Below, one piece after another: positions 27,094 to 37,218 of a stretch of 64,000 nt of DNA. The stretch is from Gemmatimonadota bacterium (GTDB taxonomy: Bacteria > Gemmatimonadota > Gemmatimonadetes > Gemmatimonadales > GWC2-71-9), in contig JBGPLG010000007.1 in assembly GCA_041486305.1 (NCBI GenBank), positions 12,801 through 76,800 of the forward strand, in the 5' to 3' direction. The translations under genes and the position numbers were made by a program. The notes under the pieces were generated by a model that was not told the origin of the DNA, ran no database searches, and was given only the letters and a program-made list of their open reading frames with translations. Every line of letters starts with the position of its first letter. Positions within the stretch are counted from its first letter, which is position 1.

Positions 27094-29271
27094 TCAGACT
27101 GCAATGGGAAGATTCCGCACTCGCTTGCCCGTCGCCGCGAAGACGGCGTTGGCCACCGCGGGCGCGATCGGCGGCGTGCCTGGCTCCCCGACTCCGCCCG
27201 GCTCCATCGTACTTGGCACGATGAAGACCTCGATGAGGGGCATTTCGCGCATGGTGAGCAGCTTGTAGTCGTGGAAGTTGCTCTGGGTGACTCGCCCCTT
27301 CGCCAGCGTGATCCTTCCCCTGAGCGCCGCGGTGAGCCCGAAGACGATGCCGCCTTCCATCTGTGCCGCCACGGTATCCGGATTGATGACCTGCCCGCAG
27401 TCCACCGCGCATACGACCCGGTGAACCCGCACCGCCCCCGCGTCGATCGAGATTTCCGCCACCTGAGCGACGAATGACCCGAAGGATTCGTGGACCGCCA
27501 CGCCGCGAAACCGGTCCGCGGCGGCGGGAGTGCCCCAGCCGGCTCGTTCCGCCGCCAGGTTCAGCACCGCGAGATCCCGCGGCGAGCGGGCCAGCAGCTC
27601 GCGCCGGTAGGCCACCGGGTCCTTCCCGGCCAGCGCGGCGAGCTCGTCAACGAAGCACTGGACCGCGAACGCGGTGTGGGAATTGGCCACCGACCGCCAG
27701 AACCCCACCGGCACGCCAAGATCCGCCTGAGAGTAGCTCAGCTCGAAATCCGGCGGCGCGTAGGGGAGATCGAGGGCACCCTCGATGGCGCTGGCGTCGA
27801 CGCCGCCCTTGAGCGGCCCGGCGAGGTGGGTCGCGAAGGTGGGCAGCCACGAGGGCATGAACTTCGCCACGATGGAGGGCGAGACGACGCGGTGCGACCA
27901 GGCCACCGGCGCGCCCGATGCATCGATCCCGGCCCGGAGCACGTGTCGCGCCGCGGGGCGATACTGATCGTGGCGGATGTCGTCCTCCCGGCTCCAGATG
28001 ACCTTGACCGGGGCCTGCATCGCCCGGGAGACCTCGCAGGCCTCGACCACGAAATCGGTTTCGGCGCGGCGTCCGAATCCGCCGCCAAGATTGGTGGTGT
28101 GCACCGTCACCCGATCCACCGAGACGCCGCCGGCCCGGGCGGCGGCCCCGCGTGTACCCCCGCCCACGAGCTTGGGAGCGGCCTGGAACTGCGTGGGCGC
28201 CCAGACCGTCACCGAGTCGGCCCGGACGTCGGCGGTGCAGTTCATCGGCTCCATCGAGGCGTGGGCCAGGTACGGCACCTCGTACGCCGCGTCGAGGGTC
28301 TTGGCGGCCCTGGCGAACGCCTGGGCCAGGTCGCCGGTCTTCCGGGCGCTGTGGCCCCCGCCGCCCGCCAGCGCAGCCAGTCGGGCGCTGACCGCCGCGT
28401 CGTCCAGGGCCGCGCCCGCCCCTTCGTCCCATTCGACCTTGAGCGCGTCCCGTCCCAGCGTGGCGGCCCAGTAGCCATTCGCGACGACCGCCACGCCGCT
28501 CGAAATCCGCACCACCCGTTTCACCCCGGGCACGGCGCGCGCCGCGCTGTCGTCGAAGGAGCGGACCCTGCCGCCGAACACCGGGCATCGCGCCACCACC
28601 GCGGTGAGCGCATTCTCGGGACCCGCGTCGATGCCGAACACGATCCGGCCGGTGACCTGGGCCGGGAGGTCCAGCCGGGTTACCGGCTTGCCGATGAGCG
28701 TGAAGTCGCGGGGCTGCTTGAGGGTGACTCGCTCCGGCACCGGAAGCGCCGACGCGGCACGCGCCACCGCCCCGTAGCGGACCCGGCGGCCGTCGAGTGA
28801 CACCACCGCGCCGTTCTCGGTCTTGCAATTCTCGGGGGCAAGCCCTCACCCCGCCGCCGCCGCGGCAATGAGCATGAGTCGCGCCTTCCCGGCCGCCTCG
28901 CGAAGCGGACGCCAGGCGGCGCGAATCGAGGTGCTTCCACCGGTCAGCTGCCCAACGCTCGCCGGGTTGTAATACGCCGCGTTGGCGGGCGCGAATTCGT
29001 AGCGGATGGTGGCCCAATCGGCATCGAGCTCCTCGGCCACCAGCATCGGGAGCGAGGTGGACACGCCCTGCCCCATCTCGGAGCGATCCACGATCACCGT
29101 GACGGTGTCGTCCTCTCCGATCCGGATCCAGGCGTTCGGCGCGAAGGCCGTCCCGCCGGCTGGCGGCGGGGCTTCCTTGCCGCAGGCCTCGACCGATACC
29201 GCGATGGTGAGCCCCGCCCCCGCGACCAGGCCGGCCTTGACGAAGTCGCGGCGGCTGAGCTCCAGGGTCAC
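27094..29271 (-). pseudogene. Molybdopterin-binding oxidoreductase subunit (IorB / aldehyde-oxidase beta-like), second tandem paralog, interrupted by in-frame TGA at 28846-28848
   Basis: ORFs 27094..28806 and 28846..29922 are in the same frame and separated only by one TGA. The GTG start at 29271 overlaps the paralog's stop (GTGA). There is a Tat-like N-terminus (LELSRRDFVKAGLVAGAGLTIA). It is collinear with the 29268..31412 protein along its whole length. Confidence 0.8.
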
Positions 29272-31412
29272 GCCGGCACCGCTCCGAGGGGCAGCCGACG
29301 GATTCGCTGCTTGGTCAGCGCGTAGACCGCATTGGCCACCGCCGGTGCGATCGGCGGCGTACCCGGCTCGCCGATCCCGGTCGGCTTTTCCGTGCTGTCG
29401 ATCAGGTGAACCTCCACCACCGGCATCTCCCGCATGCGCAACAGCGGATAGTCGTGGAAATTGCTCTGCACCACCCGGCCCTTGTCGATGGTGATCTGCC
29501 CGTGCAGCGCCGCGGTGAGGCCGTACACGATGGCGCTTTCGACCTGCGCGCGCACGATGTCGGGATTCACCACCGCCCCGCAATCCACCGCGGCCACCAC
29601 GCGGTGCACCCGCACCGTGCGATCGGGATTGAGGGAGACCTCGGCCACCTCGGCGACGATGCTGTTGAACGATTCCATCATCGCGATCCCCAGCGCCCGC
29701 CCCGCCGGGAGCGGGGTGCCCCAGCGGGCCTCGCGGGCGGCGCGCTCCAGCACCGCCGAATACCGGGGCTTGGCGGCCAGCATCGCGCGGCGGTACTCCA
29801 GCGGGTCCTGCCCGGCGGCCCAGGCCAGCTCGTCGATGAACGATTCGACCAGGAAGCCGTTCTGGGAGGAGCCAACCGATCGCCAGAAGCCCAGCGGCAC
29901 CGCCCAGTCGGGCTGGGTACAATCGACCAGCAGGTTCGGAATGCCGTAGGGTAGGTTGGCGATCCCTTCGGTAGCGGAATCGTCAAATGCCGTCTTGGGC
30001 GCCCCGAACGCCGACGCCATGATCGAAGGACAGACCACCCGTGCCGTCAGCGCGGTGGGCATGCCATCGGGCCCGAGCGAAGCGGCAAAGCGCGCGTAGG
30101 TCGGGGGCCGGTAGAAGTCGTGCTGGATGTCGTCCTCCCGGGACCAGATCACCTTCACCGGGACGCCGGCCGCCTTGGAGGCCTCCACCGCCTCGATCAC
30201 GAAGTCCTGCATCGCCCGGCGGCCGAAGCCGCCGCCGAGGAACGTCGTGTTCACGGTGACCTTGGATGGATCCAGCCCGGTCAGCCTGGCCGCCACCTCC
30301 TGGACCCCGCCGCCGAGCGCGGGGCCGCACTGATACTGGGTCGGCGCCCAGACGGTGCACTGGCCGGCCTCGACCGACGCGGTGGCATTCATCGGCTCCA
30401 TGCAGGCGTGGGCCAGGTACGGCGCTTCGTATACCGCCGAGATCTGGGTGCCTCCGTGCGTGAGCGCGCCAGTGCCGGCGGTCTTGGCCACGTGACCGCT
30501 CTTCCCGACCAGCTTCTCCATGTCGCTCTGCATCACCGCGGAGCTGAATGAGGCCGCCTTGCCCTCGTCCCACACCACCTTCAGCGCGTCGGCGCCCTTC
30601 CGCGCGGGCCAGTAGCCGTCGGCCAGCACCGCGATGCCGGAGCTGATCTTGACCACCTGCTTGACGCCGGGCACCTGCTTGGCGGCGTTCTCATCCCAGG
30701 TCTTTGCGGTTCCACCGAAGACCGGGGAGCGCGCCACCACCGCCACGAGCATGCCGGGCACCTGTACGTCCATCCCGAAGGTCGCCCTGCCGCGTACCTT
30801 GTCGGCGGCGTCGAGCCGCTTGACCGGCGTGCCGATGAACTTGAAGTCCTTGGGGTCCTTGAGCGTGACCTTCGCGGGCACCGGCAACGCCGCGGCCCGC
30901 TCGGCCAGCTCGCCGTACTTGAGCCGGCGCCGGCTGGCGGTGTGAATCACCACCCCGTTCTCGGTCCGGCACTCGGCGGCGTCTACGGCCCACGCCGCCG
31001 CCGCCGCCGCCACCAGCATGGCCCGGGCCTTGGCCCCGGCTTCACGAAGGGGCATCCAGGCGGCCGCGACGCTGGTGCTCCCCCCAGTGACCTGCGAGGG
31101 GAAGATTGAGTTGTAGTACTCCTTGCCCGCCCCGGCCTGCTCCACCCGGACCGACTCCCAGGGAGTATCGAGCTCCTCCGCCAGCAGCATCGGGAGCGCG
31201 GTGTAGACGCCCTGGCCCATCTCGGAGCGATCCACCACGAGGGTCACCGTGCCGTCGGTACTGACCCGGACCCAGGCGTTCGGCTTGAGGGGCGTGGTCA
31301 CCACCTTCTGGGGCCCCGGAGCGCACGACGGCAGGGAGACGGCGACGGTGAGCCCGGCGCCGGCCACCGCCCCGGCCTTCAGGAACTCGCGCCGTGAGAC
31401 CGAGGCGCTCAT
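29268..31412 (-). CDS. Molybdopterin-binding oxidoreductase subunit (IorB / xanthine dehydrogenase family), Tat-exported
   Basis: 714 aa with a Tat signal ([19 protein letters not shown]). Conserved blocks: [44 protein letters not shown], and [15 protein letters not shown]. Confidence 0.9.
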   Translation of the reverse strand: MSASVSRREFLKAGAVAGAGLTVAVSLPSCAPGPQKVVTTPLKPNAWVRVSTDGTVTLVVDRSEMGQGVYTALPMLLAEELDTPWESVRVEQAGAGKEYYNSIFPSQVTGGSTSVAAAWMPLREAGAKARAMLVAAAAAAWAVDAAECRTENGVVIHTASRRRLKYGELAERAAALPVPAKVTLKDPKDFKFIGTPVKRLDAADKVRGRATFGMDVQVPGMLVAVVARSPVFGGTAKTWDENAAKQVPGVKQVVKISSGIAVLADGYWPARKGADALKVVWDEGKAASFSSAVMQSDMEKLVGKSGHVAKTAGTGALTHGGTQISAVYEAPYLAHACMEPMNATASVEAGQCTVWAPTQYQCGPALGGGVQEVAARLTGLDPSKVTVNTTFLGGGFGRRAMQDFVIEAVEASKAAGVPVKVIWSREDDIQHDFYRPPTYARFAASLGPDGMPTALTARVVCPSIMASAFGAPKTAFDDSATEGIANLPYGIPNLLVDCTQPDWAVPLGFWRSVGSSQNGFLVESFIDELAWAAGQDPLEYRRAMLAAKPRYSAVLERAAREARWGTPLPAGRALGIAMMESFNSIVAEVAEVSLNPDRTVRVHRVVAAVDCGAVVNPDIVRAQVESAIVYGLTAALHGQITIDKGRVVQSNFHDYPLLRMREMPVVEVHLIDSTEKPTGIGEPGTPPIAPAVANAVYALTKQRIRRLPLGAVPA

Positions 31413-31867
31413 GCGGTCACCTGGCCCGCGGCCCGGTGGATAGCCCGACGAATCCGCTGATAGGTGCCGCAGCGGCAGAGATTCTCCGACATCGACTCAT
31501 CGATCTGGTCGTCGGTCGGCTTGGGCGAATTCGCGAGCAGCGAGACCGCCCGCATGATCTGTCCCGATTGGCAGTAGCCGCACTGCGGCACCTGCTCCGC
31601 GATCCAGGCCTGCTGGACCGGGTGGTTCCCCTCGGCCGAGAGGCCTTCGATGGTGGTCACCGCCTTGCCGGCCGCGGAGCCCGCCGGAATCTGGCAGGAC
31701 TTCTGGGCCACACCGTCCAGGTGCACCGTGCAGGCTCCGCACTGTCCGATTCCGCACCCGAACTTGGTGCCGGTGAGGTGGAGGGAATCGCGGAGCACCC
31801 AGAGCAACGGCGTCTCCGGGGTAACGTCCACGGACACATCGCGGCCATTCACCTTGAGCTGGAGCAT
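31409..31867 (-). CDS. (2Fe-2S)-binding small subunit (IorA/CoxS-like)
   Basis: 152 aa. Cysteine motifs [12 protein letters not shown] and QCGYCQSG...CRCGTY form the two [2Fe-2S] clusters. It has an ATGA overlap with the downstream large subunit. Confidence 0.9.
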   Translation of the reverse strand: MLQLKVNGRDVSVDVTPETPLLWVLRDSLHLTGTKFGCGIGQCGACTVHLDGVAQKSCQIPAGSAAGKAVTTIEGLSAEGNHPVQQAWIAEQVPQCGYCQSGQIMRAVSLLANSPKPTDDQIDESMSENLCRCGTYQRIRRAIHRAAGQVTA

Positions 31868-31974
31868 GTCGGGGCCTTATGTCGGGCGGGGGGGTAGTCC
31901 GGCACCGGCGCGCGGCCGGCCAGGGACGATGGCAATCTGGCGCTATCAGGCCCGGCTGGCCAGAGGGAGGTCGC

Positions 31975-32379
31975 TCAGCGATGAATCGTGAGCGGATGAA
32001 CCGACGGATCGATGAGGGAGAAGGTGAGATTGTCGGCCACCTGGTCGACGTGGGGGACGTAGTTGGTGGAGAGGGTGACGTCGGGCACCCGGATCTTCAG
32101 AATGTCGCCGGTACCGAGGAGGCCGGTGACGATGACCTTGGTGGTGCCCGCCGCGGGCGAGAAAAACGAGACCTGGAGCTGCTGTCCGGTCGGGACGGTC
32201 ACGTTCTGCACCTCGCCGCCGGTGATCGTGAACAACATCGCGCCGGCCACCGGACCGCCCTGGAAATAGCTCACGGTCAAGTCACCCGCCTCGGAGGGCG
32301 GCGGTCCGCCTTTTCCGCCGCCGCAGGCGGAGAGCGGCGCGAGCAGTCCCAGGGCGCCAAGCCTGGTCAGGAGCCTCAT
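31975..32379 (-). CDS. Small lipoprotein, unknown function (134 aa)
   Basis: MRLLTRLGALGLLAPLSACGGG is a lipobox, and the remainder is beta-rich. The ATG overlaps the M6 protease stop (ATGA). The ORF track extends to 32679 in GC-rich junk. Confidence 0.55.
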   Translation of the reverse strand: MRLLTRLGALGLLAPLSACGGGKGGPPPSEAGDLTVSYFQGGPVAGAMLFTITGGEVQNVTVPTGQQLQVSFFSPAAGTTKVIVTGLLGTGDILKIRVPDVTLSTNYVPHVDQVADNLTFSLIDPSVHPLTIHR

Positions 32380-34694
32380 TGGGGCTCCTTGGGCCGCTTG
32401 GGCGCCGGGAGGGCGGCCCGAAGCAGCGCCGGCGGCGCCGCCTGGCCGGAGCGGCGGAACATGGCGAGAATATCCCCGACGTCGAGGCTGCCGTTGCGAT
32501 TGCCAAGCTCGTCCAGGAAGGTCCGCTGCTGGTCCGTGAGCCTGGGTGTACCCAGGACCTCGCTCACGGCATCGGCCGCCACCACGGAGACGGCCACGAC
32601 GAAGCGGGCCTCGAGGTCGTAGCCCTTCCGCATGGCGATCTGAAGGCTCGGGCCCACGGCGACGGTGTCGCCGCGCCACCCGGCAAAGATGAACCCCAGC
32701 GCCGGCGTCGCGGTCAGCGTCACGGGCACTCCGGGGGTGAGAAAGACGCCGGCGGCCAGGTCTCCCGCGATCGTGGAGGTGACCGTTCCTCCGCTTGCCG
32801 CCGCGAGCAGCAGGCGGTAGTCGAGCGAGAAGGACGCCGTGACCGTATCGGGTTTGGCTGCCGCACTCGTCAGGACCTGGTCCGGCTGCTGCGCTCCGTT
32901 GGACCAGGAGAGGAAACTCGCCCGGGTCTTGCCCCCGTCGAGAAGCTGGATCGGGTCCACGCTCAACTGAAGCTGATCGCCGGCTGGAACCACCTCTTCA
33001 TAACGATCCCACGGCACGCCGTCGACCCGCACCTGCCCGCCGTTCAGCGCCTGGATCACGGTCGGCTCGCGCCGGGTGAAGCGGAACTGCATCACACCGC
33101 TGGGCGGATTCTGGATCTGATCCAGGATAAAGCCGGTATAGGCGCCGAAGTTGTCGCGCGCCGCCGGATTGGTGAGCAATGAATACCTGGTGTTGCCGGT
33201 GCTGCCGGGGTACGAATCGCCCCGGTCGCCCCGGTTCCTCGCGCCGGCGGTGCGGAGGTCGTTCCGGCCGTCGGCCTGGATCAGTTCCACACCCTGCGGG
33301 GTACCGAAGTTCACCGTGTTTCCGGATCGCCCGCCTTGGACCTTGACCTCGTCGATGAGCCAGACCAGCAGCCCGGGCGACTTGGCGCAGCCCCCCGACA
33401 AGGGGCTACCGGTCGGCTGCGGACAGGCCGACGACAGCAGCGGATTCATCTGGGCGGTGTCACTCAGGACTGCCTGCCGGTTCTCCAGCAGGAAGTATTC
33501 GTCGACGTTGTGGGTCTTGGCGTAGAAGATCGTGTCGGTGAGCAGCCGCGGGCCCGTCGTGACGGTGCGGCTGGTGCCGAGGGTGTCGATCGTCGCCCAC
33601 CCCAGGGTGTTCAAGGACCAGACGTCGTAACTGGAAGGGCTGTAGGGACGCGAGTAGTTGCCCGACCCCATCAGCCCCCAGCCTCCGATCCCCTGGGTCG
33701 GCCCCTGGGTGTCGTACAAGTCGGGCAGCCCGAAGGCATGGCCGGTTTCGTGGGAGACCGTGCCCACCGCCATGATCTGGGTGCCATCGCACGACGTGCT
33801 GCCGCCCAACTCGCTCTGGATAGTGTAGTCGTTGACCTTGATGAACCCCCCTACCGGTCGGGGGGTCTTCGTGGTGTAGGCCGGCCCTCCCCACCCGGAG
33901 ATGACGAACCGATGGCTCCAGACTCCGCCGGTGGAGTTCGGCTGTCCGCCGCACTCGCCCCCCACCTGAGGCTGGAGAAACGTCACGAAGTCCACGACCC
34001 CGTCGTCATCGGGGCTGTTGGGCACCCCGTCGGGGCCGTCGTTATCGAACTGAGCCCATACCGTGGCACCATCGGGCCGATTGGAAATGGAGTCGAGGGC
34101 CGCCCTCAGCATGATGGCCATGCGGTTGCCCTCCGGATGGGTCGGGCAATTGGTCTGATTGGTGACCGTGATCGCCTTGCATCCGTCGGTATAGAACCCG
34201 GCCACCGAGTCCATCCGTACCGTCGGAAACACGACGCCGTCCATCGAGATCCGGTGGTGGGAGAGTTCCTCGTAGTAGGTGGCCACCGAGTAGGGGTGAT
34301 CTCCCAGCAGGCCGCAGGTTCCCGGATTCTGGCTGAAGAGCAGGCACTGATAGTCGGCGACCTGGAAGGGCGCCGGGACTGGAATGTCCTTGTAGGCCAG
34401 CAGAATCACCGGCACCTTGAACGCGCCGGTGACGGCCGTCGAGGCGCCGCCGGCCGCCAGCAGCGACGGCGCGAAGAACGGCCCGCCTCGTACGGCATTG
34501 AGCGCACGAATGTTCCCGTTTCGGAGCAGCTGGGCGCGAAGGTTCCGGACCTGAGCCGCCTGTCGGCGCCAGGCCCCATTGGGGCTGAAGTCGAACGGCT
34601 CGATCAGGGATGGGGACGAACCCGACCCTTGCGCGCGCGCGGGCGGAGCGGCCAGGACCCCCAGCAGCGCGAGAGCTATCAGCGTTCTTGTCAT
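32376..34694 (-). CDS. M6-family (immune inhibitor A-like) secreted zinc metalloprotease with C-terminal repeat domains
   Basis: The signal peptide starts at the ATG at 34694 (MTRTLIALALLGVLAAPPARA). The zinc site VSHETGHAFGLPDLYD is the M6 signature. The C-terminus contains a GFIFAGWRGD-type repeat and a Ca-binding-like LDELGNRNGSLDVGDILAMF motif. Confidence 0.85.
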   Translation of the reverse strand: MTRTLIALALLGVLAAPPARAQGSGSSPSLIEPFDFSPNGAWRRQAAQVRNLRAQLLRNGNIRALNAVRGGPFFAPSLLAAGGASTAVTGAFKVPVILLAYKDIPVPAPFQVADYQCLLFSQNPGTCGLLGDHPYSVATYYEELSHHRISMDGVVFPTVRMDSVAGFYTDGCKAITVTNQTNCPTHPEGNRMAIMLRAALDSISNRPDGATVWAQFDNDGPDGVPNSPDDDGVVDFVTFLQPQVGGECGGQPNSTGGVWSHRFVISGWGGPAYTTKTPRPVGGFIKVNDYTIQSELGGSTSCDGTQIMAVGTVSHETGHAFGLPDLYDTQGPTQGIGGWGLMGSGNYSRPYSPSSYDVWSLNTLGWATIDTLGTSRTVTTGPRLLTDTIFYAKTHNVDEYFLLENRQAVLSDTAQMNPLLSSACPQPTGSPLSGGCAKSPGLLVWLIDEVKVQGGRSGNTVNFGTPQGVELIQADGRNDLRTAGARNRGDRGDSYPGSTGNTRYSLLTNPAARDNFGAYTGFILDQIQNPPSGVMQFRFTRREPTVIQALNGGQVRVDGVPWDRYEEVVPAGDQLQLSVDPIQLLDGGKTRASFLSWSNGAQQPDQVLTSAAAKPDTVTASFSLDYRLLLAAASGGTVTSTIAGDLAAGVFLTPGVPVTLTATPALGFIFAGWRGDTVAVGPSLQIAMRKGYDLEARFVVAVSVVAADAVSEVLGTPRLTDQQRTFLDELGNRNGSLDVGDILAMFRRSGQAAPPALLRAALPAPKRPKEPQ

Positions 34695-34837
34695 AGGTGT
34701 GACAGGCAATTTAACCGGTGCTCCCCCGAGGCCCGCGATGGTTCGCCATCCCTGAGACGATCCACGTCGCCCGGGGTACACGAAGCCTTGTCGGACATCC
34801 CGAACGGAGTTAATTTAACCCATTATCCCTCATAGGG

Positions 34838-36082
34838 ATGGAGGCGTTTTTCTCACTTCCGCTGACGCGAGGTCACGTGCCAAGCCACACCCTCCAGACC
34901 GACGTCACGCTTTTCGAGAAGTGCCGCCTGTACACCAGGGCCGACGAGGTAAAGGCCCAGGGGCTCTACCCCTACTTCCGGCCGATCTCGGAATCCGAAG
35001 ACACGGTCGTCGTCATCGAAGGCCAGAAGCGGATCATGCTGGGGTCGAACAACTACCTCGGTCTGACCCACCACCCCAAGGTCCTGGAAGCCGCGGCACG
35101 CGCTCTCCGGGTCTACGGATCCGGCTGCACCGGGAGCCGGTTCCTCAACGGCACCCTGGATCTCCACCTTCAGCTCGAAGCGGCCCTCGCGGAATTCCTC
35201 GGCAAGGAAGACTGCATCGTCTTTTCCACGGGGTATAACGCGAACCTCGGTCTGATCTCCGGGCTGGTCGGCCGGCGGGACGTGGTCTTCCTCGACAAGC
35301 TCGACCACGCGTCCATCGTCGACGGCGCCAAGATGTCCGACGGCGAGACGGTGCGCTTCAACCATGGCGACATGGCCGGCCTGGACCGCAAGCTCGAGGC
35401 GCATCCCGGCGTGGGCAAAATGGTCATCGTGGACGGGGTGTACTCGATGGAGGGAGACATCGCGGAGATCCCCGCGCTGCTCAAGGTGTGCAAGCGCCAC
35501 AACGCCGCCCTCGCGATCGACGATGCGCACTCGATCGGCGTGCTGGGGCCCAAGGGAGACGGTACCGCGGCCCACTTCGGCCTCCAGGACGACGTCGACA
35601 TCGTCGCCGGGACCTTCTCCAAGTCGCTGGCATCGATCGGCGGGTTCGTGACCGCGTCGGCCAACGTCATCAACTTCCTGCGGCACCATAGCCGGCCGCT
35701 GATCTTCACCGCCTCGCTCCCCCCCTCGAACACGGCCGGCGTGCTGGCCGCACTCGAGGTGCTCCGCACCGATACCGAGCGCCGCGAGTCGCTTTGGGTC
35801 AACACCCGCCGGCTCCAGGAGGGCTTCCGCGGCATCGGCTTCGATATCGGCCCGTCGGAAACGCCGATCGTTCCGATCCTGATCGGCCCATTGGACAAGA
35901 CGCTGGTCATGTGGCGCAAGGTGTTCGACGCGGGGGTCTTCACCAATCCGGTGGTCCCGCCCGCGGTGCCGCCGTCCCAGTGCCGGCTGCGCACCAGCGT
36001 CATGGCCACCCACACCGCCGACCAGATCGACTATTGCGTCGAGACGATCGGCAAGATCGGCAAGGAGCTGGGGGTCATCTGA
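34838..36082 (+). CDS. spt: PLP-dependent alpha-oxoamine synthase, serine palmitoyltransferase-like
   Basis: 414 aa. Several blocks match what I recall of Sphingomonas SPT better than Kbl or BioF. These are FSTGYNANLGLIS, VDGVYSMEGDIAEI, IDDAHSIGVLGPKGDG, GTFSKSLASIGGFV (the PLP lysine in GTFSKS) and RPLIFTASLPPS. The symbol is an inference. Confidence 0.8.
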   Translation: MEAFFSLPLTRGHVPSHTLQTDVTLFEKCRLYTRADEVKAQGLYPYFRPISESEDTVVVIEGQKRIMLGSNNYLGLTHHPKVLEAAARALRVYGSGCTGSRFLNGTLDLHLQLEAALAEFLGKEDCIVFSTGYNANLGLISGLVGRRDVVFLDKLDHASIVDGAKMSDGETVRFNHGDMAGLDRKLEAHPGVGKMVIVDGVYSMEGDIAEIPALLKVCKRHNAALAIDDAHSIGVLGPKGDGTAAHFGLQDDVDIVAGTFSKSLASIGGFVTASANVINFLRHHSRPLIFTASLPPSNTAGVLAALEVLRTDTERRESLWVNTRRLQEGFRGIGFDIGPSETPIVPILIGPLDKTLVMWRKVFDAGVFTNPVVPPAVPPSQCRLRTSVMATHTADQIDYCVETIGKIGKELGVI

Positions 36083-37218
36083 CCGCGGCGGTCACGGTCC
36101 GCCCGGTCACCTCCGGCCGGGACCTCCGACGCTTCATCGATTTCCCTTACCGGCTGCACGCGCGGGACCCGCTCTGGGTCCCGCCGTTGCGTAGGGACGT
36201 GCAGCTGCTGCTTTCCCGCAGCAAGAATCCCTTTTTCGAGCACGCGGAGGCCGAATACCTCCTCGCGGAGCGCGACGGCGAGGTGGTGGGTCGCATCGCG
36301 GCCATCGCCAACCGGCTGCACAACGAGTATCACGGCGACAAGGTCGGGTTCTTCGGGTTCTGGGAAACCGTCGACGACCAGGCCGTCACCGACGCCCTCC
36401 TGGGCGCCGCCGCAGCCTGGCTCCGGTCCCGCGGATTCGATACCATGCGCGGGCCCGCCTCCTTTTCGACCAACGACGAGTCGGGACTGCTGGTGGCCGG
36501 GTTCGACACCCCGCCGGTCCTGATGATGCCCCATAACCCGCCCTATTACCTCGCGCTCCTGGAGCGCGCCGGGTTTACCACCGCCAAGAACCTTCTGGTG
36601 TACCAGCACGGCCTGCCCGGCGGCAACCTCCTGCCGGTCCCGGAACGGCTGGCGCGCGCCACGACCCTGATCACCGAACGGCTGGGCATCACGATCCGTC
36701 CGCTCAGAATGGACGACTTCAAGGCCGAGGTGGAGCGGGTCAAGGAGCTGTACAACAAGGCATGGGAGAAGAACTGGGGTTTCATCCCCATGACCGACCA
36801 CGAAATCGATCACCTGGCGGCCCAGTTCAAGCCGGTGGTCGTCCCCGAGCTGGTTCCCTTCGCCGAGAAGGACGGGAAGGTCATCGCCTTCGCGCTGGCG
36901 CTCCCCGATCTCAACGCCGTGCTCCGCACCAATCGCTCGGGACGGATGTTCCCGGTGATCTTCAAGCTCCTCTGGGCCCTCAAGATGCGAAGGCTCCATC
37001 GCCTCCGGATCCTGCTCCTCGGCGTGCTGCCGGAATACCGGGGCAAGGGGATCGACGCGGTGCTGTATCATTGGATCTGGACCCGGGGAGGCGAGCGCAA
37101 TATCGGCTGGGGCGAGGCCGGCTGGATCCTCGAAGACAATCCGGCCATGAACGCCGGCCTGCTCAAGATGGGCTTCACCGTGTACAAGACCTACCGGTTG
37201 CTCGATCGCCCGCTATGA
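36079..37218 (+). CDS. Large GNAT-superfamily N-acyltransferase (candidate bacterial ceramide synthase); start codon uncertain
   Basis: The conserved N-terminus is VRPVTSGRDLRRFIDFPYRLHARDPLWVPPL. The acyltransferase core is RILLLGVLPEYRGKGIDAVLYHW...GEAGWILEDNPAMN. No ATG or GTG is available near the N-terminus. Candidates are CTG at 36079 (AAGGAG lies 11 nt upstream) or TTG at 36034. Confidence 0.7.
   Translation: MTAAVTVRPVTSGRDLRRFIDFPYRLHARDPLWVPPLRRDVQLLLSRSKNPFFEHAEAEYLLAERDGEVVGRIAAIANRLHNEYHGDKVGFFGFWETVDDQAVTDALLGAAAAWLRSRGFDTMRGPASFSTNDESGLLVAGFDTPPVLMMPHNPPYYLALLERAGFTTAKNLLVYQHGLPGGNLLPVPERLARATTLITERLGITIRPLRMDDFKAEVERVKELYNKAWEKNWGFIPMTDHEIDHLAAQFKPVVVPELVPFAEKDGKVIAFALALPDLNAVLRTNRSGRMFPVIFKLLWALKMRRLHRLRILLLGVLPEYRGKGIDAVLYHWIWTRGGERNIGWGEAGWILEDNPAMNAGLLKMGFTVYKTYRLLDRPL

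Noticed and set aside
28846-28848. Possibility that the in-frame TGA encodes selenocysteine or reflects an alternative genetic code.
   Set aside because: The codon aligns with Trp, not Cys or Sec, in the tandem paralog. Many neighbouring genes terminate correctly at TGA, including the ATGA/GTGA junctions. I see no obvious SECIS-like hairpin immediately downstream. A nonsense mutation or sequencing error is more parsimonious.
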